Source of the DNA: an uncultured virus (IMG/VR IMGVR_UViG_3300015264_000026)
Taxonomy: Duplodnaviria; Heunggongvirae; Uroviricota; Caudoviricetes
IMG/VR virus record: IMGVR_UViG_3300015264_000026
Reading direction: 5' to 3' (one strand)
Length of the DNA: 64,000 bases
The notes beneath the pieces are model-generated. The model worked only from the letters and a program-made list of their open reading frames with translations, searched no databases and was not told where the DNA came from. Positions 1-8,512 of this stretch are shown piece by piece. Within the stretch, counting starts at the first letter, position 1. Each line of letters opens with the position of its first letter. The position numbers and the translations under genes are program-made.

Positions 1-1
1 T

Positions 2-775
2 GGTGTGGACACTCCGGGGCGGGCCGCTATCTCGCAGTCCAAGCGGGGCACCATTCCCCATATCCGGGAACTCGGCCCTATCCTCAATGCGGATGGCCTC
101 ACTCAATTCGGGGGACTGAGCCTGCCTCTTGAGCAGCCGGCGCAAGTCGGTTTTCTTGCACATCTCGTTTTCGTCGGTTGACCATGGCGTCGATTTGATT
201 TTTCCATCCTTGAATGCCTTCCATGCATCGGACCGATCGCGGATGTCCAGGCATTGTTCCAGCGACATTGGCTCAAAGTCGAAAGTCCCGTCTTTGAATG
301 TGATGATGGCCACATAGCCTATGATAGGGCCGCGATCGGAAAATAGTTTTGGCTTGTGATGAAAGACCTTCGGGAAGCCCAGATCGCACTCGACATAATC
401 CAGCGCGTGCACCTCATGCGAATAGATATTGCCAACCTCGCCGGTCTGCCGAGCCAGTTTGCACATGCCCTTGTAACCGACACGAAGTTGCGGTTCCACC
501 TTCCGAGTTTTGTAGTTGTAGGCGGTGACAATATAGGCCTCGCCCAAAATCGGGTCCAATAACAGCCCAAGGCCAGCTGACTTAGCTACCTCGCGATAGA
601 TCAAGCGCGGTTCAAAATCCATTAATGATGGATTGGCCATGAGCGCATTCATTAAGTTGCGCTCGAATACCGCCGGCTTGATGTGACTTGGCAGGGCCGC
701 GTAAAGCTCGCGAGCTTTCTCAGGTGGCAGAACTTCCGCGCGATAAATATCAAGTTGTGTAGACGGCGCATTCAT
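2..775 (-). CDS. recT: RecT-family ssDNA annealing protein, 3' end truncated by window edge
   Basis: Not in ORF track; translated by hand from ATG 775 (RBS AAGGA): MNAPSTQLDIY...GLLLDPILGEAYIV...QLRVGYKGMCKLARQTG...TPWSTDENEMCKKTDLRRLLK, typical RecT motifs; open to position 2. Confidence 0.9.
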   Translation of the reverse strand, partial: MNAPSTQLDIYRAEVLPPEKARELYAALPSHIKPAVFERNLMNALMANPSLMDFEPRLIYREVAKSAGLGLLLDPILGEAYIVTAYNYKTRKVEPQLRVGYKGMCKLARQTGEVGNIYSHEVHALDYVECDLGFPKVFHHKPKLFSDRGPIIGYVAIITFKDGTFDFEPMSLEQCLDIRDRSDAWKAFKDGKIKSTPWSTDENEMCKKTDLRRLLKRQAQSPELSEAIRIEDRAEFPDMGNGAPLGLRDSGPPRSVHT

Positions 776-942
776 ATCGATTTCCTTCTGCGGCACTGGG
801 CGCATTGAGATTCAAAGGTCTCTTTTGAGAATTCCGAATCCGGCAATACCATCTGATGATAAGCATCTCCAGTAACTAGATCGGAGATAGGAATAAAGTG
901 GCCGCAATCATCGCACTTAATTGATCCATCGGCCGTCAGCAT
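772..942 (-). CDS. Small zinc-finger hypothetical protein (56 aa)
   Basis: MLTADGSIKCDDCGH...QCAQCRRRKSI; two CxxC; stop overlaps recT start (ATGA). Confidence 0.7.
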   Translation of the reverse strand: MLTADGSIKCDDCGHFIPISDLVTGDAYHQMVLPDSEFSKETFESQCAQCRRRKSI

Positions 943-960
943 ATTGAATTCCCTTCCGGC

Positions 961-1485
961 CTAATCGCGCGGTGTTGCCGAAAATTCGACGCCTGACATC
1001 ATCTTGCCGTCGCTCAATACCATGCTTGGCGCATATAAGCCCTTGCAGGTAGCTAGCCATTGCTCATAGGTCGCTGTCATTCCGCCGAACGCGCTGGCAT
1101 TATTATCGGCGAGCCATCGCGCCAGTTCTTCCGGCGTTTCGAATGGAGGAGAGATCGGCGTGCCTTCGCTCGTATTTTCGTACATCATGAGCATGGTCGC
1201 GGTGCCGTCCAGAAATTCGGGCATGTACTCGCTCTGGAGTGGCCGCTTGCCATACCATTCTTCAAAACTCTCGCATTCGATGGCTGAGCCTTCTTTTGAT
1301 TTGAAAGTGCGCTGTTCTGGCCACGTCGAATAGTCCAGAACTTCGCCATTGTTCCAATGTGCGAATTCCTCATTCCATTCCGCAACGTGCTCGGAATACG
1401 GACCCTTCATCAAGGGTATAAAATCTCCCTTGCGATCTGTGGGATGAGGCCATCCCTTCGGGACCATTCTGACTTCGCGACCCAT
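961..1485 (-). CDS. Hypothetical phage protein
   Basis: 174 aa ORF, RBS GGGAG, protein-like composition. Confidence 0.8.
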   Translation of the reverse strand: MGREVRMVPKGWPHPTDRKGDFIPLMKGPYSEHVAEWNEEFAHWNNGEVLDYSTWPEQRTFKSKEGSAIECESFEEWYGKRPLQSEYMPEFLDGTATMLMMYENTSEGTPISPPFETPEELARWLADNNASAFGGMTATYEQWLATCKGLYAPSMVLSDGKMMSGVEFSATPRD

Positions 1486-1534
1486 CTCAATCTCCCATGT
1501 TCAAGAATTTACTACCGCACATATCGCGCCTCAA

Positions 1535-1551
1535 GTCAATCGTCGGTTGAC
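1535..1551. promoter_or_regulatory. Operator palindrome GTCAATCGTCGGTTGAC; leftward TTGACT -35 for the 1485 gene
   Basis: GTCAA-N7-TTGAC, identical to copies at 6504 (inverted), 20828, 63774. Confidence 0.8.
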
Positions 1552-2177
1552 GCAATTGGCTCTTTTTTTGGTGGATTTTTCGCCAAATGAACCTTTGCTT
1601 CCGGCAATGCGTCCAATTCCTTCAGCTTGCGCAAAAGCTTGAGACATACTCGCGCATCGTTCATGGCGCTGTGATCACCGAATTCGTCGAAGTGAAAAAA
1701 CACAGCAGCCTCAGAAAGTTTCGGCCATTTGTAGCCACCTCGCCCGCCGTTCGGAGGAATCTTGCAGACATCGGTCAGCGCCCGCATGGTGCAGATATTC
1801 GGCGCACTCTCAAATTGATCTGGCATTCCCGCGCGGCGCAGTTCGGCTCTGATCTGTTTCGCATCGTGTTGGGAATTGTGCGCTACCATCACACGACCTT
1901 CCGCGACGGCCTCATTATAGACCGCGATAGCTTCGACGACCGGAATGCCTTTTTCCATCAAGATATCTTGCGTGAGGCCGTGAATCTTCGCAGTATCATC
2001 CGGCATGATCCAACCATCTGGCTTGATGTATGCCTGATATTCGCGCTCGATATTCATGTCTTCATCAACGAAGATCAGAACCAATTCAGCTAGCCGTGGC
2101 TGGCCTTCGGCGTCGGCGGGTCGCTTGTAATCGAAAAGACCGGAGCCCTCGGTATCGCATACGATATATTTTACCAT
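1536..2177 (-). CDS. DEDDh 3'-5' exonuclease (DnaQ/Pol III epsilon-like)
   Basis: CDTEGSGL (ExoI), VAHNSQHD (ExoII), KWPKLSEA...HSAMND (ExoIII). Confidence 0.9.
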   Translation of the reverse strand: MVKYIVCDTEGSGLFDYKRPADAEGQPRLAELVLIFVDEDMNIEREYQAYIKPDGWIMPDDTAKIHGLTQDILMEKGIPVVEAIAVYNEAVAEGRVMVAHNSQHDAKQIRAELRRAGMPDQFESAPNICTMRALTDVCKIPPNGGRGGYKWPKLSEAAVFFHFDEFGDHSAMNDARVCLKLLRKLKELDALPEAKVHLAKNPPKKEPIASTDD

Positions 2178-3190
2178 CAGATCAATCCTTGTCTGGTTGA
2201 GGTTCCTGGCACCGTAAATCCAGCTTTCACTTTTGCCATCGCCAGTTCAAACAAAAGCGCTTTTACCTTCGGCTCGCCTTTAAGGAAGGCATAAACCGCA
2301 TCATAGTCCGTGATCGCATCAAGGATGGTGTGTAGTTCTTCCTTGAGTTTTCGCGTTCCGTAAGTCGGTACAACTGCGGCCGGTGCTGCGACTTGCGCCA
2401 CTTCCTCAACCATCGGAGGTTGCTCAGGCTCGCCAGCCGCAATAGCCCGATCTGCGGCGCGTGCATTCGCTTCATCCAATCGGCGTTGGCGCTCGTCGGC
2501 TTCAGCCTGTAATTTGGCAATACGCACACGCTCGGATTCGCGGAATGCAAGAACCGCCTTATTGAGCGCGGCTTCCTTTGTTTCCGCTCGCTTGACGATG
2601 GGAGCCCATGTCTTTTGAATGCTGGTGTATTCCCGGTACAGCGGCTCATAGATCGCGCGGCCGACTTTATCCGCCGCTAACCGCAATTCGGCAATCCGGT
2701 TTTTGCTCCCCAGAGCCTGCGCGGCTTCTTCTTCCGTCGCAACCTTATCAATTGCTGCCGCGATGGCGTTGTCAATCAATGCAGCGTGCTTTTGATCCAG
2801 CGGAGTATCGTCGGGCTCAGCATTGTCCGAAGTCGTTACGTCGCGATTGGCCGCTGGTACCATTTCGCCCACATCAGGCCATTTCCCAGTTTCAAGGAAT
2901 GCCCAATAGGTCTCACCGCTGATGACGTTCTTTGCCCCGCAATACTCCCATGTCCGAAGTGCGGTTTCGTCTGAAACGTCCCTACCATCGATATGGCATC
3001 GCATGGGTGAACCTTCGGCCGTCCGATCGTACCAGAAGTAGACTGCATGCAGCGTGGTCGGCTGGCCATCGCGATATTTGCGCTTGATGCGATATTCGCC
3101 TTCTGCGGGTTCGGTCGCGTACCTGGGGCCGACAATGCCGTTAAGACAATCGTCATGCCATTTGCGGGAGCGGTCGATATTGTCGGTCAT
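2177..3190 (-). CDS. Hypothetical protein with long coiled-coil C-terminal half
   Basis: 337 aa ORF coupled to neighbours by overlap; Ala/Glu/Arg-rich helix. Confidence 0.8.
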   Translation of the reverse strand: MTDNIDRSRKWHDDCLNGIVGPRYATEPAEGEYRIKRKYRDGQPTTLHAVYFWYDRTAEGSPMRCHIDGRDVSDETALRTWEYCGAKNVISGETYWAFLETGKWPDVGEMVPAANRDVTTSDNAEPDDTPLDQKHAALIDNAIAAAIDKVATEEEAAQALGSKNRIAELRLAADKVGRAIYEPLYREYTSIQKTWAPIVKRAETKEAALNKAVLAFRESERVRIAKLQAEADERQRRLDEANARAADRAIAAGEPEQPPMVEEVAQVAAPAAVVPTYGTRKLKEELHTILDAITDYDAVYAFLKGEPKVKALLFELAMAKVKAGFTVPGTSTRQGLI

Positions 3191-3354
3191 GATTTGGCTT
3201 CTTCCGTTGGTTTTGCCGCTCGCGCCCTCCCTTTGATGAGATAATTCATCAGATTCTTCGGGGTTATTCCAAGCCTCTCACAGATTGCCCCAGAAGGGAT
3301 ACCCTTCTCGTGCAATTCCAGCGCGCGGTCGCATTTGAAGTTGCTATCGGTCAT
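3187..3354 (-). CDS. Small HTH-like protein (55 aa)
   Basis: MTDSNFKCDRALELHEKGIPSGAICERLGITPKNLMNYL; ATGA overlaps at both ends. Confidence 0.7.
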   Translation of the reverse strand: MTDSNFKCDRALELHEKGIPSGAICERLGITPKNLMNYLIKGRARAAKPTEEAKS

Positions 3355-3749
3355 CGGAAGCCTCTGGATTGAATTTTTCTCTTTTGGGCAGGAGCTTGCT
3401 TGCGTGGCCGTCCCGGCTTGCGTGCAATCGGACTGCTGTGTCCACTGAAAGCAGCGCGAGCGTAGTACCTACTCGCCAATCCAAATGGATCGATGCCGTA
3501 TGACCGCCAAAACTCAAGCTCATTCATGGCGTGTTGCTTTCCGTGGCAAGATCGATCCATCGGCACAGCCCACTTATCGTCGGGCTTTTCCGACATGCCG
3601 GTCTCACGCTTGCCATATGCGATTGATCCGGACCGGATATGGCATGCCTCGCTTCGATCGTTCCCGCATAGGCAACAAGGTTGAAGACGTAGCCACGCTA
3701 GGTATTTTGGATCACGGACGCGGGGCGCCTTTTGGCCGATCTCGGTCAT
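3351..3749 (-). CDS. DUF968/HNH-like zinc-binding nuclease
   Basis: YLAWLRLQPCCLCG...ACHIR...KPDDKWAVPMDRSCH..QH...ELEFW; start set at MTEIG by ATGA overlap. Confidence 0.75.
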   Translation of the reverse strand: MTEIGQKAPRVRDPKYLAWLRLQPCCLCGNDRSEACHIRSGSIAYGKRETGMSEKPDDKWAVPMDRSCHGKQHAMNELEFWRSYGIDPFGLASRYYARAAFSGHSSPIARKPGRPRKQAPAQKRKIQSRGFR

Positions 3750-3931
3750 GACGCGATCTTCGCGGCGCAATAAAGCATCGCACCACCAACAAGCATGCAT
3801 GCGCAAAACCGATTGACGGACTGTTGAAGCGGATCGTTACCGCGAATACCGTCTACGGCATTGATGATTCCGGAAAGAAAAATGACGCTGCCAAAAGTCC
3901 AAAATGGCACCGATGCAATGAGCCAGATCAC
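3746..3931 (-). CDS. Small two-TM membrane protein
   Basis: 61 aa, two hydrophobic segments, overlaps both neighbours. Confidence 0.65.
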   Translation of the reverse strand: MIWLIASVPFWTFGSVIFLSGIINAVDGIRGNDPLQQSVNRFCACMLVGGAMLYCAAKIAS

Positions 3932-4270
3932 GTTACAACCTCCGTCCGAGATTTAAGCTGTCTCTTGCCGCGATCTGGCCCGCGACCACGACCTTTCCGT
4001 ATCCGCAAGGGTATCTCAAGTTCATCGGAGGCAATCGTTGTCATCGCCGCCAGCTTTTGCATTTCGCCAATTACATTGGCAAGCATCCTGATTTGCAAGA
4101 TTGATTCTGTGTCAACTTCGAATGTAGACCACGTAGCGCCGCAGTCATCGCACTTCCGACGCCGCCGGATGGTTTTTTGAACTGGTCTGCGTCGCTGACT
4201 TGTCGCCGCGAGCAAAATCCTTGATCTGCTCTTTGTCCTTCGACGAGAGAATATCGACTGGATTGCTCAT
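3928..4270 (-). pseudogene. Zinc-ribbon (NrdR N-terminal-like) protein, apparently frameshifted at A6 run 4173-4178
   Basis: ATG 4270 frame (MSNPVD...) stops at 4145; +1 frame carries TIRRRRKCDDCGATWSTFE; removing one A joins them. Confidence 0.45.
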
Positions 4271-4419
4271 GGTTTTGCCTTTGCGTCATATTCGGCAGCA
4301 ATCAGACCGCACGCCTTTTGCGTTCCCAGCGCGCAGTCGATTCGGTGCCATCCTGACTGCATCCAAAATATTAGAAATAGCGCAATGACGAATGTAGTTA
4401 AGTCAATTTCAACATTCAT
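4267..4419 (-). CDS. Small membrane peptide (50 aa)
   Basis: MNVEIDLTTFVIALFLIFW...; ATGA overlaps. Confidence 0.6.
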   Translation of the reverse strand: MNVEIDLTTFVIALFLIFWMQSGWHRIDCALGTQKACGLIAAEYDAKAKP

Positions 4420-4571
4420 GGTAGCACTCCCGCAATTTCAGACGTTGCAATCCAGAATGCGCACAACACCGCGCCAATGATGCAGTACGCGCCATATTCG
4501 CAAATCTTCATGCCGACATAGGCCAGTGCATCCAATGCATTCGGTTCGCGAAGATCGGGGAAGTCGTTCAT
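4416..4571 (-). CDS. Small membrane peptide (51 aa)
   Basis: MNDFPDLREP...CIIGAVLCAFWI; ATGA overlaps. Confidence 0.6.
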   Translation of the reverse strand: MNDFPDLREPNALDALAYVGMKICEYGAYCIIGAVLCAFWIATSEIAGVLP

Positions 4572-4792
4572 TTGTTTTCCTTCTTGTCTCGTGCGCGCCT
4601 TACCGATATTTGCCGCAGCGAATCAGCCAGAAGAAAATACCCGGCCATGTGGTAGCCGTGCTCGCCGATCACGTAGAGTGTATCGATCAGGTCCTCTATG
4701 CTGGCGAGCAGCAATTTCAGTTGCTCATCAGATATGCCGCCGGACGACTGATATGCATCGTAAGCGGCTTTCTTGGCCTCTTTGTTGGTCAT
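4568..4792 (-). CDS. Hypothetical protein
   Basis: 74 aa ORF, ATGA overlaps. Confidence 0.7.
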   Translation of the reverse strand: MTNKEAKKAAYDAYQSSGGISDEQLKLLLASIEDLIDTLYVIGEHGYHMAGYFLLADSLRQISVRRARDKKENK

Positions 4793-5226
4793 TTTGGTGC
4801 ATCCTTTGGAATGGGCTTGATGCCGAGAACCACCACTTCAAATTGGTCAACCATTTCTTGGGTCACCAAATCGGTGAATTGGATGCGCTCGACTTCGGCT
4901 TGCAGTTTCCTGAATTTCTTGAAACGAGCATGCTTGGCGATGGTCGCCTTGATTTCTTCGTCTGCTGCTTCATCCCATAAGCGCAATGATCCCCCGCCAT
5001 TCCAGCCATGATTGCCGGTTTGCGTGCCAGACCAGTATTTCTTGAGGTCACCCGAAGGCCTGCTAGGCGACCATTGCTGTTTTGGATCGCCGCGCAATGT
5101 GAACCGGCCGGTCTTGTGAGACTTGAGAACGAAGTCCTCGCGGTATCCATGTGGCCCGTAGTGGCTTCGCTCGGTATAAAGCGCCACGCGAGCACCGGGA
5201 ATAAACGGGCTTTCTTGGTCAGCCAT
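4789..5226 (-). CDS. Hypothetical protein
   Basis: Start MADQESP with RBS AGGAG. Confidence 0.75.
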   Translation of the reverse strand: MADQESPFIPGARVALYTERSHYGPHGYREDFVLKSHKTGRFTLRGDPKQQWSPSRPSGDLKKYWSGTQTGNHGWNGGGSLRLWDEAADEEIKATIAKHARFKKFRKLQAEVERIQFTDLVTQEMVDQFEVVVLGIKPIPKDAPK

Positions 5227-5264
5227 CTGACTTGCTCCTACTCGCCCTTGGCGGTTTCGAGGTT

Positions 5265-5444
5265 TTAGGCAAAGGTCCCGCCAGCCATGCACTGCAAATC
5301 CCAGACGCGATCAAGGCTCTTGCATACCGCCTGCGTCGGCAAGGTCTCGGGAAACCGATACTTGCGGCACAGGGCCAGTTTGGTTTGCGCGTTCAGTAGA
5401 TCGATGCGAGCCTGATTGAGCATTAAGGTGATTTGGTTGGTCAT
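5265..5444 (-). CDS. Hypothetical protein, first gene of leftward arm
   Basis: MTNQITL..., RBS GGAG, directly after operator 5460. Confidence 0.6.
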   Translation of the reverse strand: MTNQITLMLNQARIDLLNAQTKLALCRKYRFPETLPTQAVCKSLDRVWDLQCMAGGTFA

Positions 5445-5459
5445 CCGTCTCTCCATCTA

Positions 5460-5552
5460 GTCAACTAACCATTGACGCAACATCCATTGCACGTCCAAAA
5501 CCTCCCGTCAATGCCCGGTTGACTAATTTTTGAAAATAATCCATAAGGCGGC
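5460..5552. promoter_or_regulatory. Divergent promoter region with two operators (5460-5476, 5507-5523)
   Basis: GTCAACTAACCATTGAC and GTCAATGCCCGGTTGAC; rightward TTGACT-17-CATAAG ends 5 nt before ATG 5553; leftward TTGACG from 5511. Confidence 0.85.
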
Positions 5553-5843
5553 ATGGCAAAGCACAAAAAGACCAATCGAGACGGCTATGAGGCTGTAATG
5601 GCGGCCCTTGAAAAGAAGGGCCACAGGTTCCCGGCAGCGGCCTTGGCTGGATTGCTGGGATACTCCAGGCAGGCGGTAGCCCAATGGAATGGCGTCATCC
5701 CCGAGATGTACGCCTATCGGGTATCGTTGCTATCCGGCGTGCCGATGGAGACCATATTGCCGGAGACGATTGCCGCCGTGGCAGCTAACGAGCGGCCAAG
5801 GGCGAGGAACAACAAGAACGGGACACGGCGGGAGCCAGCTTGA
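5553..5843 (+). CDS. Cro/YdaS-like HTH transcriptional regulator
   Basis: AALAGLLGYSRQAVAQWNGVIP HTH; first gene of rightward operon. Confidence 0.85.
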   Translation: MAKHKKTNRDGYEAVMAALEKKGHRFPAAALAGLLGYSRQAVAQWNGVIPEMYAYRVSLLSGVPMETILPETIAAVAANERPRARNNKNGTRREPA

Positions 5844-6157
5844 TGACGCGATGCACGTCAGTTAGTCATTTTCTCCGTGCGAAGCGCGGCGCACCTACAC
5901 AGGATATTCCGCGCGAAGGAACGCATTTGCGAGAAGTTTATGACCTATTTCAATCTAGTAAGGGTGTGCCGATTGAATGGAGTCCCGGCAATCGAGGCAA
6001 ATATATTATGGATCTTACCGATTTCTACGGTCTAGATATCCGGCGCCTGCAGTCCGGCAATTCCCGCTCTGGTCGTAAGAGTCAATACGTCCTAGCCGGT
6101 GAATGGATAGGCCGCGTTTATATCGACTACATCGCCGAACGGCTCAAGGCCGGATGA
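5843..6157 (+). CDS. Hypothetical protein
   Basis: ORF overlapping both neighbours. Confidence 0.7.
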   Translation: MTRCTSVSHFLRAKRGAPTQDIPREGTHLREVYDLFQSSKGVPIEWSPGNRGKYIMDLTDFYGLDIRRLQSGNSRSGRKSQYVLAGEWIGRVYIDYIAERLKAG

Positions 6158-6519
6158 CAATCATTCATCTGCCGATGCCGCCAACGTCAAATAATTTGTT
6201 CGCCACTGAAATGGCGAGCGGCCGTCGCTTCAAGACCGCGCAATATTCAGCATGGTTGAAACACGCCGGCTATCTGCTCAACCTACAACGAATCAAGCCG
6301 ATCAAAGAGCGCGTCGACATTCTGATTGAGGTCAGCGATGCAGAGACCACGGACGCGTCCGACTTGGATAATCGGACAAAGGCAACTCTTGACCTTCTCG
6401 TTGCCCACAAAATAATCCAGGGCGATTCCAAACCATACGTGCGCCGCGTCACGATGGCTTGGGGCAATAACGAGGGCGTCAAGGTGACTATTGCACCTAT
6501 ATCGTCAACCGACGATTGA
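6154..6519 (+). CDS. rusA: RusA-like Holliday junction resolvase
   Basis: LPMPPTSNNLF...DLDNRTKATLDLL...IQGDSKPYVRRV. Confidence 0.85.
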   Translation: MTIIHLPMPPTSNNLFATEMASGRRFKTAQYSAWLKHAGYLLNLQRIKPIKERVDILIEVSDAETTDASDLDNRTKATLDLLVAHKIIQGDSKPYVRRVTMAWGNNEGVKVTIAPISSTDD

Positions 6520-6543
6520 CTAGCCCCATTTTATCTGCAATGG
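6504..6543 (+). promoter_or_regulatory. Operator GTCAACCGACGATTGAC (6504-6520) overlapping a TTGACT promoter
   Basis: Reverse complement of the 1535 site; TTGACT-17-AATGGT upstream of gene 6572. Confidence 0.8.
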
Positions 6544-6571
6544 TTCGCGCTCACATCTGGAGCGATGGACT

Positions 6572-6832
6572 ATGTACCATCCGATAGAATCCGCCCACAA
6601 AGTAGCGGAAGAATGGGATTCGTATGGAGGTGAGACAAGATGGTCTCGCGCCATGCGCGATTTTGCGGCGGCTGGAGGTCTCTGTCGCTATTGGTGCGGT
6701 ATGCCGGGCAGCGCGTCTGCAATCCCGTTGACATTTGCGCTATTTGCTCCTGATGGGACTAAACTTGAGTGCAAATATCGCCTCAAAGACATTATCGCAG
6801 CTACCGCAAAAATCAAACAACTGGAGCGATGA
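6572..6832 (+). CDS. Hypothetical protein
   Basis: 86 aa ORF after promoter. Confidence 0.65.
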   Translation: MYHPIESAHKVAEEWDSYGGETRWSRAMRDFAAAGGLCRYWCGMPGSASAIPLTFALFAPDGTKLECKYRLKDIIAATAKIKQLER

Positions 6833-7182
6833 ACATGGCAGATCAGAGCGGCCCTCCCTACGTTTACGAAGACTTGCCGGCGGCCCTTGCTCGCATTGAG
6901 GAGCTTGAGGATGAGAACGCTAAATGGCTCGCTGAGATAAACGAGAGCGAGACGAAAATATCCGAGCTTGAGGACGATAAAGACGATCTTGAAAAAGAGA
7001 TCGGTGAGCTTGAAACCGAACTACAGGGGCAGGCTGAAAAAACCGACCATTCAGTCGCCATTCATGCCTTCCTGGACGAAATCCACCGCCCCGTAGGCAC
7101 CCAAACATTCACCGTCCCGCAAACCCCTGCCGTCGACCGCGCTATACTGGCGCTGTTCGATGCAATCGATAGGCGGCTGTAA
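6829..7182 (+). CDS. Acidic coiled-coil hypothetical protein
   Basis: Heptad run LARIEELEDENAKWLAEINESETKISELED. Confidence 0.7.
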   Translation: MNMADQSGPPYVYEDLPAALARIEELEDENAKWLAEINESETKISELEDDKDDLEKEIGELETELQGQAEKTDHSVAIHAFLDEIHRPVGTQTFTVPQTPAVDRAILALFDAIDRRL

Positions 7183-7421
7183 TGGGCGAGCGAGACATCC
7201 TATACCAGAAGGGCGATTGTTGGATCGTTCAGAACGGCAAGACATACGAAGTCTGCGTGCTGGAAGGCACGCACGGTCGCGTCATGGACCGCATTGGCAT
7301 CAATTATTGTCCTCCGAACCGCCCCGACGCATTGGCATATGCAAAACAATGCTGTGACCATCGCGAAGAAATCAGAATGCTCACGGGTGGCTTTAAAGCC
7401 CTCAAGGATACCTCCAAATGA
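7182..7421 (+). CDS. Hypothetical protein
   Basis: 79 aa, overlaps neighbours. Confidence 0.65.
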   Translation: MGERDILYQKGDCWIVQNGKTYEVCVLEGTHGRVMDRIGINYCPPNRPDALAYAKQCCDHREEIRMLTGGFKALKDTSK

Positions 7422-8512
7422 AATTCACCGTAGCCGCTGGCGAGCTTCTAACCGCCCTTCGTGGTCCATGCGACCGCGCCAAGATCAGTCAGGTCATCCC
7501 GATCTTGAAGCATGTCAGGGTCAGCGCCTCCGACGATCGCATATCCCTGCTCGGCCACGACCTCGATTCCTCCAGTGAAGCCGTCGTGGCCGTTGAGATG
7601 GCCATGGCCGGCGAGTGCTGTATCCCTGCGGAGCCTCTCGAAAGGCTCATCGCGGGCCTTCCCAAGGCCGCCCACGTGGTATTTGAGGCTGCGGACAAGA
7701 TTGTCCATATCAGGTCCGGCAAATCACGCTATAAACTGCCTACCGTGGGAGCCATTGACATGCCGGAACCGCTATCGGCGGAAGGCGGCTTCAAGTTTAC
7801 GGCCTCACCTGAGGATTTGGAGCAATTGTTCGCCCGTCCGCGCGATGCTCTCAACATGCAGGATAAGCGCCCGATCTGCAACGGCATGTACATCCATGGC
7901 GAGGCTGGAAAAATAGCATCATCAGGTACTTCCGGCTACATGCTGATGAGATTTTCAACTGAAATCGAAGCCGGCGAGTTCAAAGGTGCCATTGTTTCGC
8001 GCCGAACGGCCGATGAAATCCTGAAATTCGGCCTTGGTGATATCACAATATCCGGCCGAATCATCTCCATTACCAACGGTTTACGAACCTACAGTTCCAA
8101 ACTCATTGACGCTGTTTATCCCGATGTCCGCCGCATGATCACGGCTCCCGTCAGTCCAATCACTGTCGATCGCGAATATTTGATCGAATGCGTGTCTCGG
8201 CTCAAAAATATTGGCGATTTCAGCGGCGACGGAGCAATCGATATCAGCGCTGTTAACGGCGAATTGTCCATCTCAATGACTGGCATGGCCGATGGGGCCG
8301 AAATCATGGAATGCGACGGGGCAAGCGGGCAATTCATCTGCGTATGGTCAGCATGGTTCGTTGATGCCTTGAAGATATTGCGTGGCGAATCGGTAGAGTT
8401 GCATATTGAGAGCGAGACGAAGCCGCTCCGCCTCATTGATCCCTCGGAACCGAGCGCGATCAATATCGTAATGTCTCGCGCGTCGAAAAACAGGAAGGCT
8501 GTGGCGGCGTGA
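7418..8512 (+). CDS. dnaN: DNA polymerase III beta sliding clamp homologue
   Basis: 364 aa; MKFTV..ELL.AL, IPILKHV, SGKSRYKLPT, RPICNGMY, SKLIDAVYPDVRRMI. Confidence 0.9.
   Translation: MKFTVAAGELLTALRGPCDRAKISQVIPILKHVRVSASDDRISLLGHDLDSSSEAVVAVEMAMAGECCIPAEPLERLIAGLPKAAHVVFEAADKIVHIRSGKSRYKLPTVGAIDMPEPLSAEGGFKFTASPEDLEQLFARPRDALNMQDKRPICNGMYIHGEAGKIASSGTSGYMLMRFSTEIEAGEFKGAIVSRRTADEILKFGLGDITISGRIISITNGLRTYSSKLIDAVYPDVRRMITAPVSPITVDREYLIECVSRLKNIGDFSGDGAIDISAVNGELSISMTGMADGAEIMECDGASGQFICVWSAWFVDALKILRGESVELHIESETKPLRLIDPSEPSAINIVMSRASKNRKAVAA

Noticed and set aside
4172..4178. A AAA AAC on the minus strand, a classic -1 slippery heptamer in frame with MSNPVD
   Set aside because: A -1 shift leads into a short featureless frame; the zinc-ribbon frame needs +1.
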